Shown here: piece after piece, positions 9,315 through 21,948 of the stretch
Layout of the letters: the number at the start of each line of letters is the position of its first letter
Position numbering within the stretch: position 1 is the first letter of the stretch
Assembly (NCBI GenBank): GCA_026914245.1
Contig: CP110440.1
Coordinates: 4,402,001-4,466,000 of the forward strand
DNA length: 64,000 nt
Source: Puccinia triticina
Taxonomy: Eukaryota
Direction: 5' to 3'
Notes under the pieces: generated by a model
What the model was told of the DNA's origin: nothing
Seen by the model: only the letters and a program-made list of their open reading frames with translations
Databases searched by the model: none
Translations under genes and position numbers: made by a program

Positions 9315-11140
9315 TATTATTTTCTTTGTGGTCTTGTTTGATCTCTGTTTTCCCCTTGTTACTCGCCCTTTTTTCTTTTATCATTCTCAACGTTTTCATA
9401 TGTGTATCAACGATTTCATATCGGTATTATTATTGGTCATGATTGCATTTGACTAAGTAGAGAGTACAACTGAACGAATTAAAATATACATAATCTGCCA
9501 CAGTTGAGCGAGTGTTGAACTCTGGTTAGTCACCGGTGTGGTTAGTTCAAGTCGGACCAGGTTGATGAGTAACTATTTAAGTGTTGGACATTTTGCGGTG
9601 TGGTGTATGTTCTGGTTAGTCCGAGTTGAGCCGAGTTGCTGAGTGAAAGTGAACTTTGTGGTAGTGTTACATACTTGGGTATGCGATGACCGGGCTCAGT
9701 TTGAGGAGATGGTGCGGGCGGTGCTTGGTGGGGGTGAGTTGTTACAGTCGGAGTGATGTGCGGGCGTTGGTTATGTATGTATGTTGTAAAACCTGTGATG
9801 GTCTGTTATGTAGGTGTTGGGTGCGGGTGATGAGCTGAGCAGGGGGAAGGGGAGGATGCGGGACTTAGGCAAGAATTTGGAGGCCAAAAACCTGGTCATC
9901 GAGGCGTTGCTGGAGATGCGGGAAATTTCTTAGTTTTGGGCAGAGAGTAACCCCTCTGCGTACCATAGTCCGCCCCCGCCATGCTATGTATAGTATAGTG
10001 CGGAGTAGTGGCCATAGGTGCCCCCAAGGGCCGATACTGGCCATTAGCAGAGTCACCACTCTGGATGGCGAGTACCACTCAGAGCATCTCCAACGGACTC
10101 GCTAGAGCGGTATGGAGCTCCGCCCGGTGCTAGGCCGGCGGCAGCGCTGGGAGGGGAAAAGGTGCTCTGGGAGCTGCCCTCACGGATGGTCCGGAAAAGA
10201 GTTGTAGGGGATTCGAGGTGATAGCTTTGGTGGAGTGGTTTTGAGAGTTCGCCGGGGTTTGGATCCTCGGCGGCGGTTTGGGTTTGTTGGGAAGGTGGAT
10301 TCTGGAAGGGACTCTGGGGATTCTTTTGACTCGGATTCGGAAAAAGATCGATCAATTGATAACCCCTGACTTGGATCAGAACAGGTGCTATGGCCTCCCA
10401 TCCTCCAAGTTCGCTGGGAACTTGGATTCCTGGAGGCCTGTCACAGACATGTCATCATCTCCTTGCGCGCCATGCGCGCACACACACACAACAGACAACA
10501 GAGAAAAGGGAAGAAAAAGACAACACCAAGAAGGAAACAGGAAGAGAAATAGAACCAAGAGCTGAAAACATGAAACCAATAAGAACCATAAGAAATAAGA
10601 AAGGGACCAGGGGAAATGGAACTAAACATGACCAAGTACATGGAATAAACAAAACCAGAAAAAGACAACAACTGGGAATAAACCCACAGACAGATCTGTG
10701 TTAGGAACAAGAAAGAGAAGAAGGGGAAGGAAGGGGAAGTGAGAATGAGGAGAGTGGGGAAAAGGGAGAAGGAATTTGAAGGATAAGAAAGGGATGGGGA
10801 AAGGGGAAGTTCTTGAGGATCTTGAAGTCTTGAGGATGAGTGAGAATCTTGATGGTTGCTTTTAGATCTTGATGCTTGCTTAGTATCTTGCTGATCTTGA
10901 TGGTGGTGGCAGCAGACTGCTTCTGACTAGCTGACAACCAAATGGGTCACCACATCCACCCACCACTTGGAGTCTGTCCCCAGACTCCTTTGATCCTCCA
11001 TGCGGCAAGAGAGAGGTAGATAGATCTGAACAGAAAATAGAAACAGAGGTCCCCCGGGCGGCTCACGGCAGTGGCTAAAGTAATGCTTACGACTAATGGT
11101 AGTAGAACCCAAGGTGCATACTAAGGAGGGGGACTTACTT

Positions 11141-13132
11141 TTAGTCACCAATGCCCCCACGTGAAAAGACTCTCTTGAACGGATCTGCTGCAACATCTAC
11201 AGCTTCCAAATGAAACAAGACTAGTTTATCCTCATTGCGGAGGCGGATCGGAGACGGCAGTGAGGATAGACACTTGTCAGACTTGTGTACGGATTGTGGG
11301 GAATCATCACAGAGGGTCATGGAATCCAGATCGGAAATTGGCAAAGGAGGATGATCGGTGGAATTGGATGATAAACGGAGGGAACAAGATGAATTAAATC
11401 CCAGTGCTAAATCTTCAAACACTAGGGGAGGCAGCTGATAGTTGTTGGCGGGAGGATTAAAGATCGAAGGAGTCGCTAGTTTAACCTCATCTCGGAGGCG
11501 GGTTGGCTTGGCTACTGCAGATAGTTTAACCTCATCTCGGAGGGGGTCGGACAGGGTTGAACGCTCTGCTGATGGTCGGAGCTGGCTACCAGAACAGAGA
11601 TCGGGATCTGGATCGGAAGATCTCGAGACTTGAGAATTGTCATGGTACGAACTAACAAGTGAGAACCCCCTTGAATCAGGGATTTGATCTTGAAAGTCGG
11701 AACATTTGACTAGCTTGACTGGCACCGCTGCAGGAGGGGCGACGGCAACGGGGGCAGATATCGATGAATTCTTCTTAGAAAGTTTGGACACAGAAAGACC
11801 AGGTTCCATGATCTCAGAGATCTTCTTCAGGATGGAGTCTATTGCCTGCCTAGATGGGGTTCGAGACGGTGGAGGAGCATGATCACATAATGCGACTCCG
11901 GGATGACTAGGCTCAGAGGCGAGTGACTTGCAGATTGAACGACGAGGATGAGGCTGGGAAACCGGGGGATCTTTGCAGGGCTGTGACGCTTCGTGCTTCT
12001 TCCTAGCAGATATGTGTCGAAAGTTCCTTGGAGATGGTGGTAACGGAACAGCAGGCGAGTACCATGGCTGGAGGGCGCCACAACCAGTCCTGAAAGGTGC
12101 TGAAACAAAGCTACTTGATGGTTGAGAATCATTAAAAGAGGCCACCACTCGGCGGATCGGGCGGCTGCGATCGAAGGGAATGAGCGCGCCGTTGGGGAGG
12201 AAAAAGTTGCTCCCTTGCTGCTCCACCAGACCGTCATCCCTGTCTTTCTGAAGCTCCAGACATCCGGCAGTACCATGACGCTTCCGGTGACAATAAAAAC
12301 AGGTCATGGCAGGTTGATCAGCCGGGTTCTGAGCCGAGTCTCTCTTCAAGTATTGTTCCAACGACTGGAACATCCTAATAAGCTTGTCAATTGAGTGGGC
12401 CGGTACCGGGGCAGAAGTAGCTGGGGTCGGTTTCTGATCCTTGCTCAACTTCTTCATGATCTCGTTTGAGGCTTGAAACGGTGGAGCTATGGGGACCGCT
12501 GATCGAGAGTCCTCGAATGTTAAGGTGATCTGACCCTCCATGACCTCCTCAACCGCAGCTTTGAGGACCTTGAACTCAGGGAGCCTTCCTCGATTGTCCA
12601 GGGTGACTACCATAGATTTATCCTTGATCAACTGCGCCCGAATCCGCTCCTGAATACTGAACGAGAAACATTGATAGAACTCTTTTCTGATCTCCTCCAC
12701 CGAATCAATATGTTTCTTTGCGACGAGATATGACTGAAGCGGGCCCCAGGTTTTGCGAAACTCCTGATAGTCGGCGACCGACGATACACCACCCTTAGCC
12801 TGCCAGGTCAACACCAGCGCCTCCAAGTCGCGCTGAGTGTACAGCGCCGTATCGAGCTTGCCCCAGTGAGAGATCATGGCGGCCTTGAGTTTGGTCCAGT
12901 CAGGCGGCTTGTAGCCATCGAGTGTGCTGAGAATCGTGCGCGTCTCTCCCAATTCAACAAAAGAGCCGACCTGACGAGCCTTGGCATAATCCGACGCTCC
13001 GTCCAGCTCCGCGGCTAGCTCATAATCGTCCAGAAACTGCTCGACGTTAGATCCGCTGAACTTCAAAGCCTTATATTGAGGATTAATCTTGACCATCTTC
13101 CCTTGAGGAGGATCCGCGGTGACATTGGCCAT
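11141..13132 (-). CDS. gag: Gag-like protein fused to spacer repeats and the last ~17 aa of integrase; lacks PR, RT, RH and the IN core
   Basis: Homologous to E1 Gag (CFYCHRKRHGTAGC, FFLPNGALIPFDRSRPIR). Ends VAADPFKRVFSRGGIGD versus E1 Pol FAADQVKRYFPRGGISD. Confidence 0.88.
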   Translation of the reverse strand: MANVTADPPQGKMVKINPQYKALKFSGSNVEQFLDDYELAAELDGASDYAKARQVGSFVELGETRTILSTLDGYKPPDWTKLKAAMISHWGKLDTALYTQRDLEALVLTWQAKGGVSSVADYQEFRKTWGPLQSYLVAKKHIDSVEEIRKEFYQCFSFSIQERIRAQLIKDKSMVVTLDNRGRLPEFKVLKAAVEEVMEGQITLTFEDSRSAVPIAPPFQASNEIMKKLSKDQKPTPATSAPVPAHSIDKLIRMFQSLEQYLKRDSAQNPADQPAMTCFYCHRKRHGTAGCLELQKDRDDGLVEQQGSNFFLPNGALIPFDRSRPIRRVVASFNDSQPSSSFVSAPFRTGCGALQPWYSPAVPLPPSPRNFRHISARKKHEASQPCKDPPVSQPHPRRSICKSLASEPSHPGVALCDHAPPPSRTPSRQAIDSILKKISEIMEPGLSVSKLSKKNSSISAPVAVAPPAAVPVKLVKCSDFQDQIPDSRGFSLVSSYHDNSQVSRSSDPDPDLCSGSQLRPSAERSTLSDPLRDEVKLSAVAKPTRLRDEVKLATPSIFNPPANNYQLPPLVFEDLALGFNSSCSLRLSSNSTDHPPLPISDLDSMTLCDDSPQSVHKSDKCLSSLPSPIRLRNEDKLVLFHLEAVDVAADPFKRVFSRGGIGD

Positions 13133-13716
13133 GGCGAGGGAGGATCTGAAGAAAGAAACAAACGGAAATCGAGGAGGCGGCTCACAGCGGTGGCGATGAT
13201 GCTTTGATGATGAAGTAGTGCTTCGGAGGTGCTACTGATTCGAAAGGGACTTACTTTTGCACCTTCAATACCCCGCCGCTGAGCACCTAAAAAATCAGAA
13301 AGAGAAGACGAGGCCTGAAACGAGGGCTAGTTTGTATCCGAGCTTCCTTTAGGCCTCTGATCGAGAGAATGGAGACTTGGTGCTTTTGCAGAGAACTCTG
13401 GCCCGTCCGACAGCAAGATACCCCCACCGGGGAGGTGTGCAAGCTGGAAGACGCCGATCCTTTGAGTGGGAAGAGGCCGTACAGGCTTGATTGTTGATGT
13501 TCGTGACTAGGGTGAGTCCTCAGGCAAGGGTCTGGATCTTGAAACAAGCTAACGGGTCCGATTGTTCGCCAAGCACGCTCGAGATCAGTCAATTTGAGTG
13601 AGAATCAAGGAGAAGCACTTTCAGCTCTCCTTCTAAAGAGGATCAAGATTGAGGCAAAAGAAAAGAACCCAAAAATCAAAATAGAAATAACCGCCAAGCG
13701 CCTCAAAACCACAGTG

Positions 13717-13766
13717 CGAGACTGTAAATCTTGAGGTCGCTGGTTCGATCCCGGCTCGGGGGACCA
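13717..13766 (-). promoter_or_regulatory. Extended tRNA-Tyr PBS of E2
   Basis: Same 50-nt tRNA 3'-half sequence as 6799-6848. Confidence 0.88.
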
Positions 13767-15375
13767 AATATGGAGCTCCGCCCGGTGCTAGGCCGGCGGC
13801 AGCGCTGGGAGGGGAAAAGGTGCTCTGGGAGCTGCCCTCACGGATGGTCCGGAAAAGAGTTGTAGGGGATTCGAGGTGATAGCTTTGGTGGAGTGGTTTT
13901 GAGAGTTCGCCGGGGTTTGGATCCTTGGCGGCGGTTTGGGTTTGTTGGGAAGGTGGATTCTGGAAGGGACTCTGGGGATTCTTTGGACTCGGATTCGGAA
14001 AAAGATTGATCAATTGATAACCCCTGACTTGGATCAGAACAGGTGCTATGGCCTCCCATCCTCCAAGTTCGCTGGGAACTTGGATTCCTGGAGGCCTGTC
14101 ACAGACATGTCATCATCTCCTTGCGCGCCATGCGCGCACACACACACAATAGACAACAGAGAAAAGGGAAGAAAAAGACAACACCAAGAAGGAAACAGGA
14201 AGAGAAATAGAACCAAGAGCTGAAAACATGAAACCAATAAGAACCATAAGAAATAAGAAAGGGACCAGGGGAAATGGAACTAAACATGACCAAGTACATG
14301 GAATAAACAAAACCAGAAAAAGACAACAACTGGGAATAAACCCACAGACAGATCTGTGTTAGGACCAAGAAAGAGAAGAAGGGGAAGGAAGGGGAAGTGA
14401 GAATGAGGAGAGTGGGGAAAAGGGAGAAGGAATTTGAAGGATAAGAAAGGGATGGGGAAAGGGGAAGTTCTTGAGGATCTTGAAGTCTTGAGGATGAGTG
14501 AGAATCTTGATGGTTGCTTTTAGATCTTGATGCTTGCTTAGTATCTTGCTGATCTTGATGGTGGTGGCAGCAGACTGCTTCTGACTAGCTGACAACCAAA
14601 TGGGTCACCACAGCGGGACCCGCAACCCCAATTTAGCGAGTCGGGCAAGTTTTCGGGGTCCAACCGACTCGCTATCCGACTCGCCAAACGCCTCCTGAGT
14701 CGCCTCAACTCGCCACCACTACCAAGATGGATGAATTTGCGATGTCGTATATTGATCAATATAGCGTATATTGATCAATTTATATTGATCAATTATTTTT
14801 TTTTATTATTCCTCTTGATACCTTTGTCTGTTTTCCATGTCTCCTTGATACTATTCTATAATCTCTCTCCTTCTGCCTGTGTTAGCTTCAAGCCACAGGA
14901 TTTTTTTTTTCCTTGCCTGATAAGTTTCATGAATTTCTACATACACCACTCAATTCTTCCTGAAAAAAAGACGTTGCAATTTTTAGGATTAATCCAGGGT
15001 AGCTGAGGGGTCTCAATTTTTTTTTCTTTTTTTTTTACTTCAACAATTGATGTTATCAGAAGTCTCCAAATCGACTTTTTTTCAAAAGAGGAAAAACATT
15101 GACCCCTGACCTCTCTCATGATACCATGCTGCACACATTTTTAATTTGGTTGGTTGAACTTGCTCAAGATATTGCATATCATACTTGAAGTGCTACATGC
15201 ATAGAAGGCCTTTTTGAAATTAGTTTACCATGGTATAGCATATTTTTGTCAGGTTCTTTTTTTTATCTACTTTTGTTATCAACCACAGATTAATGAGGAA
15301 TATTTCCACATAAAATTTCATTGGACAATTTTTCTGCATATAAAACCCAGAAATATTTTAAAATATAATTTATTT

Positions 15376-16630
15376 CACCAGGAAAAAAAAATAGTCACTT
15401 GATGACAAGTGACATCATGCCAGCTCCAGCGGGCTACCCACCATCTACCCACCATCTACCCATCATCTACCCACCATCCTCCCACCATCTAACCAGTTTA
15501 AGAATTTCCACAGGAGATCCTCAGTTTTTGCTGGGCACCACTCATCCCCATTTCTGGTCAGCTGATACTCAGCTTTAGCTGCCAGCTTATGCTCAGCTTT
15601 GGTGCCCAGCTCATGCTCAGCTTTGTTGCCCAGATCAGAACCAGTCCTGGCCCAGCTTATTTTCAGCTTTATTCCAGTCATGGCTCAGCTTAGACTCAGA
15701 TTAGGACTATCATTGGCCCAGCCAATGCTCAGCTTTGGACCAGTATTGGCTCAGCTGATTTTCAGCTTTGGATGAATCTTGGCCCAGCCAATGCTCAGAT
15801 TCTGAGTCTGACCACTCCTGTAACAGCTTATGCTCATCTGTGGACCAGCCTTGGCTCAGCTGATTCTCAGCTGTGGACCAAACTTGGCTAAGACAATGCT
15901 CAGCTGTGGACCAGCCTTGGCTCAGCTGATGCTCAGCTGATGCTCAGCTGTGGACCAGCCTTGGCTCAGCTGATGCTCAGCTGATGCTCAGCTGTGGACC
16001 AGCCTTGGCTCAGCTGATGCTCAGCTGTGGACCAGCCTTGGCTCAGCTGATGCTCAGCTGTGGAACAGCCTTGGCTCAGGTGATATTAATCTTTTGAATA
16101 GTCTCAAAACATCTGATACTCAGCTTTAGAACAGCCTTGGCTCAGCCAATGCTCAGCTTTGTACCAGCATTGGCTCAGCTGATGTTCAGCTTTTGAAAAG
16201 TTTTGGCCCAGCTGGTGCTAATATTTGGAACAGTATTGTCCCAGCTGTTCCTAAGCTCTGCACAAGCCTTTTCCAAGATGATGCTCAGCTTTGGACCATT
16301 GTTGGCTAAGCTGATGCTCAGATTTGGAATATTCTTGGTCCAGCTGACACTTGGATTTGTTTCAGGCTTGGAATATCCAATGCTCAGCTGTGGCCCAGGC
16401 TCAGCCAATGTTCAGCTTTGGCCCAGGCTCAGTCAATGCCTACTGCTCAGCTGTCCCTGGGAAAAAATTAGGATCAGCTGACTGTGCCACATTGAGTGCT
16501 CTGGTGCAGTCCTGCAAGCTCTACAAGTGCTGGTGGAGCAGACTTGGAGAAGCGCTGGAGTAGCTCTGGAGCAGAAACCAAAGCTGCATCATGTCACTTG
16601 CCATCAAGTGACTATTTTTTTTTCCTGGTG
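15376..16630. mobile_element. MITE with CACCAGG...CCTGGTG TIRs (~40 bp), 3-bp TSD TTT and internal ~33-bp repeats
   Basis: The TIRs CACCAGGAAAAAAAAATAGTCACTTGATG and CATCAAGTGACTATTTTTTTTTCCTGGTG are inverted copies. The empty site AATTTATTT^GGGGTC is visible in the paralogous copy at about 62729. GCTCAGCTGATGCTCAGCTGTGGACCAGCCTTG repeats lie at about 15560-16460. Confidence 0.9.
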
Positions 16631-16649
16631 TTTGGGGTCGCATCCATTA

Positions 16650-19600
16650 TGCAGCAGCAACAATGTGATCAGTTCCCAAATATCACTAATTTGGTAGTTT
16701 CTGGCCCTTTCTGCCACTATATCTCAACACAGCGTGGGAGTTCTTCCATGATATTGGTATCAAAATGATCAATAGCCCCCAAGGATTCATTTTGTACCTT
16801 AAATTACCACATAACCCAAATGTAGCAGCTACAATCTGATCAGTTGCCAAATGTCACTAATTTGTTAGTTTCTTGGTGTTGCTGCCACTATATCTCAACA
16901 CAGCCTGGGAGTTCTTCCATGATATTGGTATCATCATGATCAATAGCCACCAAGAATTCATTGTGTACCTTAAATGACCACAAAACCTCCAAATGTAGCA
17001 GCTACAATCGGACCAGTTGCCAAATCTCACTAATTTGGTAGTTTCTTGGTGTTTCTGCCACTATATCTCAGCGCAGCATGGGAGTTCTTCCATGATATTG
17101 GTACCAAAATGATAAAATGCCCCTGAAGATTCATTGTGTACCTTGAATGACTACAATACCCCCAAATGTAGCAGCCACCCTGTGATCAGTTGCAAAATAT
17201 CACTAATTTGGTACTTGCTTGGTGTTTCTGCCACTATATCTCATCACAGCATGGGAGTTCTTCCATGATATTGGTACCAAAATGATCACATGCCCTCAGA
17301 GATTCATTGTTTTCCTTGAATGACCACAAAAACCCCAAATGTAGCAGCTACAAAGTGATCAGTTGCCAAATATCACTAATTTGGTAGTTTCTTGGTGTTT
17401 CTGCCACTTTATCTCAGTGCAGCGTGGGAGTCCTTTCATTGTATTGGTACCAAAATGATCAAAAGCCCTCAAAGATTCATTGTGTACCTTGAATGACCAC
17501 AAAACCCCCGAATGTAGCAGCCACAATCTGATCAGTTGCCAAATATCACTAATTTGGTGTTCCTGCCACTGTATCTCAGCGCAGCATGGGAGTTTGTCCA
17601 TTATATTGGTAACAAAATGATCACATGACCCTGAAGATTCATTGTGTACCTTGAATGACCACAATACCCCCAAATGTAGCAGCCACACTGTGATCAGTTG
17701 CAAAATATCACTAATTTGGTAGTTTCTTGGTGTTTCTGCCACTAAATCTCAGCGCAGCGTGGGAGTTCTTCCATGATATTGGTACCAAAATTATCACAAG
17801 CCCCTGAAGATTCATTGTATACCTTTAATGACCACAAAACCCCCAAATGTAGCAGCTACAAAGTGATCCGTTGCCAAATATCACTAATTTGGTAGTTTCT
17901 TGGTGTTTCTGCCACTTTATCTCAGCGCAGCGTGGGAGTCCTTCCATTATATTGGTACCAAAATGATCAAACGCCCTCAAAGATTCATTGTGTACCTTGA
18001 ATGACCACAAAACACCCAAATGTAGCAGCCACAATGTGATCAGTTGCCAAATATCACTAATTTGGTGTTTCTGCCACTATATCTCAGCGCAGCATGGGAG
18101 TTCTCCCATGATATTGGTAACAAAATGATCACATGCCCTTGAAGATTCATTGTGTACCTTGAATGACCACAATACCCCCAAATGTAGCAGCCACACTATG
18201 ATCAGTTGCAAAATATCACTAATTTGGTAGTTTCTTGGTGTTTCTGCCACTATATCTCAGTGCAGCATGGGAGTTCTCCCATGATATTGGTACCAAAATC
18301 ATCACACGCCCTCAAGAATTCATTGTGTACCTTGAATGACCACAAAAACCCCAAATGTAGCAGCCACAATGTGATCAGTTGCCAAATATCACTAATTTGG
18401 TAGTTTCTTGGTGTTTCTGCCACTATATCTCAGCCCAGCGTGGGAGTTCTTCCACAATATTGGTACCAAAATGATCACTTGCCCTCAAACATTCATTGAG
18501 TACTCTGGATGACAACAAAACCCCCAAATGTAGCAGCCACCATGTGATCAGTTGCCAAATATCACTAATTTGGTAGTTTCTTGGTGTTTCTGCCAGTATA
18601 TCTCAGCCCCACGTGGGAGTTCTTCCATAATATTGGTACCAAAATTATTACATGCCCATCAAGATTTATTGTGTACCTTGAATGACCACAAAACCCCCAA
18701 ATGTAGCAGCCACAATGTGATCAGTTGCCAAATATCACTAATTAGGTAGTTTCTTGATGTTTCTGCCACTATATCTCAGCGCAGCATAGGAGTTCTTCCA
18801 TGATATTTGTACCAAAATGATCACCTGCCCTCAAGCATTCATTGGGTACCTTGGATGACCACAAAACCCCCAAATGTAGCAGCCACAATGTGATCAGTTG
18901 CCAAATATCACTAATTTGGTAGTTTCTTGGTGTTTCTGCCACTATATCTCAGGGCAGCATGGGATTTCTTCCATGATATTGGTACCAAAATGATCAAATG
19001 GCCCTGAAGATTCATTGTGTACCTTGGATGACCACCAAACCCCCAAATGTAGCAGCCACACTGTGATTAGTTGGCAAATGTCCTAATTTGGTAGTTTCTT
19101 GGTGTTTTGGCCACTATATCTCAGCGCAGCATGGGAGTTCTTCCACGATATTGGTACCAAAATGATCAAATGGCCCTGAAGATTCATTTTGTACCTTGGA
19201 TGACCACAAAACGCCCAAATGTAGCAGCCACAATGTGATCAGTTGCCAAATATCACTAATTTTGTAGTTTCTTGGTGTTTCTGCCACTATATCTCAGGGC
19301 AGCATGGGAGTTCTCCCATGATATTGGTACCAAAATGATCAAATGGCCCTGAAGATTCATTGTGTACCTTGGATGACCACCAAACCCCCAAATGTAGCAG
19401 CCACACTGTGATTAGTTGGCAAATGTTCTAATTTGGTAGTTTCTTGGTGTTTTGGCCACTATATCTCAGCGCAGCATGGGAGTTCTTCCATGATATTGGT
19501 ACCAAAATGATTACATGCCCTCAAAAATTCATTTGGTACCTTGGATGACCACAAAACCCCCAAATGTAGCAGCCACAATGTGATCAGTTGACGAATATCA

Positions 19601-20212
19601 CTAATTTGGTAGTTTCTTGGTGTTTCTGCCACTATATCTCAGCGCAGCATGGGAATTCTTCCACGATATTCGTACCAAAATGATCAAATGGCCCTGAAGA
19701 TTCATTTTGTACCTTGGATGACCACAAAACGCCCAAATGTAGCAGCCACAATGTGATCAGTTGCCAAATATCACTAATTTGGTAGTTTCTTGGTGTTTCT
19801 GCCACTATATCTCAGGCCAGCATGGGAATTCTTCCATGATATTGGTACCAAAATGATTGAATAGCCCTGAAGATTCATTGTGTACCTTGGATGACCACCA
19901 AACCCCCAAATGTAGCAGCCACAATGTGATCAGTTGGCAAATGTTCTAATTTGGTAGTTTCTTGGTGTTTCTGCCACTATATCTCAGCGCAGCATAGGAT
20001 TTCTTCCATGATATTGGTACCAAAATGATCACATGCCCCCAAACATTCCTTGAGGACCTTGGATGACCACAAAACCCCCAAATGTAGCAGCCACAATGTG
20101 ATCAGTTGACGAATATCACTAATTTGGTAGTTTCTTGGTGTTTCTGCCACTATATCTCAGCGCAGCATAGGAGTTCTTCCATGATATTGGTACCAAGATG
20201 ATCACATGCCCC
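16650..20212. repeat. Tandem array of about 20 x 173-bp units (some 162-bp variants)
   Basis: AAATGTAGCAGC recurs at 16818, 16991, 17164 and 17337 (period 173). Some units lack 11 bp. Confidence 0.95.
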
Positions 20213-21087
20213 CTCCCGCAGCCGCCAACTCCCATTCAGCCGCCGACTCCCAGGCCATTGCCGCTGTTGAAGCCTGCATTCAGACCACTGAAGCCCTTCA
20301 AGACGTCACCCTAGACCCCCTCCTCCTTCAAATTACTCAAGAAATCACCAAAAAAAACTAGAAAACCAAATCCACAAAGAAAATGAGGAAGAAGTTGAAG
20401 ATTATAGCTTAGCTAATCCAGACAAGAAGAAGACACTTGAGGAATATGTAGAGCTAGCTAGAGAAGAGAAAACAATTGAAGATTGTATAGTAATGTTAGA
20501 ATTAGATGAAGATAATACTAACAATGATCCAAACTCTGGAACCGTTCCAACTGAAAAAAACCCAGAAGAAATCAAGAAAATACTTGAGAAAATTGCTGAA
20601 GAGAGAACTGAGAAGGAGCTCAAAGAAATAGAACTTGAGAACAAGAATCAACCGGATGATGAAGACTCAGTAAATGAAGAAGGAGAAAGGACGATCTACG
20701 ACAACATTCCTGCACCGCCAGCTGGAAATTAGGATGACGTTGAATCAGTTAAGGAGGCCATCCAAGAATTTCCTCGTGCGCATGGCTATGGGATATTGGT
20801 CAAACGCTCTGTTCCTGGAAAGAGTGTCCATTTTAAATGTGTCAGGTATGTTATTTCCCACTTCTTTTTCATTCTTCTGTTACTTTTGACTGACATTAAA
20901 TCCACATTGAAATGATACAGAGGAGTTGATCCTGCAAAAAACAAACGTAAAGGTGATACTCATGAAAATATATCATCTCAATTGATTGGCTGTCCATTTG
21001 CCGCGGCTGTATACAACCAGAAGAAGAAAGGCCACTGGAAATTCACAGTCTCCAACTCGACTAATAATCACTGCCCGCCGCCGCCGT

Positions 21088-21948
21088 TGTGATGATTTAT
21101 ATAGGCAAGCGCGGTAGAATGTCCACACGGGGATAGCGCGGGCAGGAATGCACAAAGCCGCTCAGGCAGAGTGCATTCCGGTGACATAAGCACTGAGGAT
21201 GATGTCAGGAAAGCACGCTACGAAAGCTTACGGAAAGTCACGCGCGGACTGGAATGCACGGATTGCAGATTTCGGATCGGGTATTTGGATTAGAGTGGAA
21301 AAGACAGGGCTGGACTGCGGCGGGACTACACACGTGGACTGGTAGCAGCGGCGCGTCAGCGGGTGAGCCACAACAGCCAAAGAGGGTTCCACCAACGGGT
21401 GGAACCGGGGTGGAGGCGGAGGCAAGAGACCGACTGACGGGGGCTAGACAGAGGACGGTGGGAGGACAAGCGTCGGAGAGGAGCGGAGTCTGGGAAAGTG
21501 ACGAGCGGGATAGCAGGCGGAGCTGGAGGACTGGTGCGGGAAAGTGTCAGATGTGTGGAATTGGGTGGGAATGGCGATGTGCGTGGAGGGAAGGACGAAG
21601 AAAACGGGGGGGAGGATCTATCTCTTACTTTTATCCTATTATCCTATCAATATTTTGGGGGATTACTCATCATTTGTACTTACAACTACGGACGTACTAG
21701 AGTTATTAGGACTTATTTTGTGATCTTATCTTTACCTGGAGAGTTACTTGCGGATTTACTAAGTGCAGAGCTTCATTCACTTGCAGATTATTACACTTTA
21801 GATCAGGCTCAGTAGAGGAGCGCTGAAGGCTAGCGGAAAGTAGCAGTGCGGAGCCGAGTTACCGACAATCACACAGCCCGGACACTAATATTCTTGAAGA
21901 AGGCAGTCAGCGGACTTTTCCACCAACTAACCAGCTTTTATTCTCACA
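21088..21948. mobile_element. Solo LTR (861 bp) inserted in the MULE transposase
   Basis: TGTGA...TCACA ends with 4-bp flanks CCGT/CCAT. Removing it brings the NNH and AHTVHR transposase segments together. Confidence 0.75.

Larger units (their letters stand above)
10111..14612 (-). mobile_element. Non-autonomous Gypsy element E2 (gag only), with both LTRs and a TSD
   Basis: 844-bp LTRs at 10111-10954 and 13769-14612 differ at about five positions by eye. A 4-bp TSD GCGG is at 10107-10110 and 14613-14616. PBS at 13717-13766, PPT at 10955-10966. Confidence 0.95.
10081..14716. mobile_element. Probable PIF/Harbinger-like terminus (10081-10110 plus 14613-14716), split by E2 and truncated by the CACTA element
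   Basis: AGAGCATCTCCAAC resembles Harbinger/Tourist TIRs, and ACTCGC subterminal repeats occur on both sides of E2. No partner TIR was seen. Confidence 0.45.
14717..20212. mobile_element. CACTA-ended non-coding element carrying a 173-bp satellite (copy 1; right end missing)
   Basis: Starts CACTACCAAGATGG and is near-identical to 62069-64000, where the same end interrupts a pol ORF. Confidence 0.75.

Noticed and set aside
16650..20212. Centromere call and ORFs in the 173-bp array
   Set aside because: Monomer size alone is not evidence, the array is short and TE-linked, and the ORFs are repeat artefacts.
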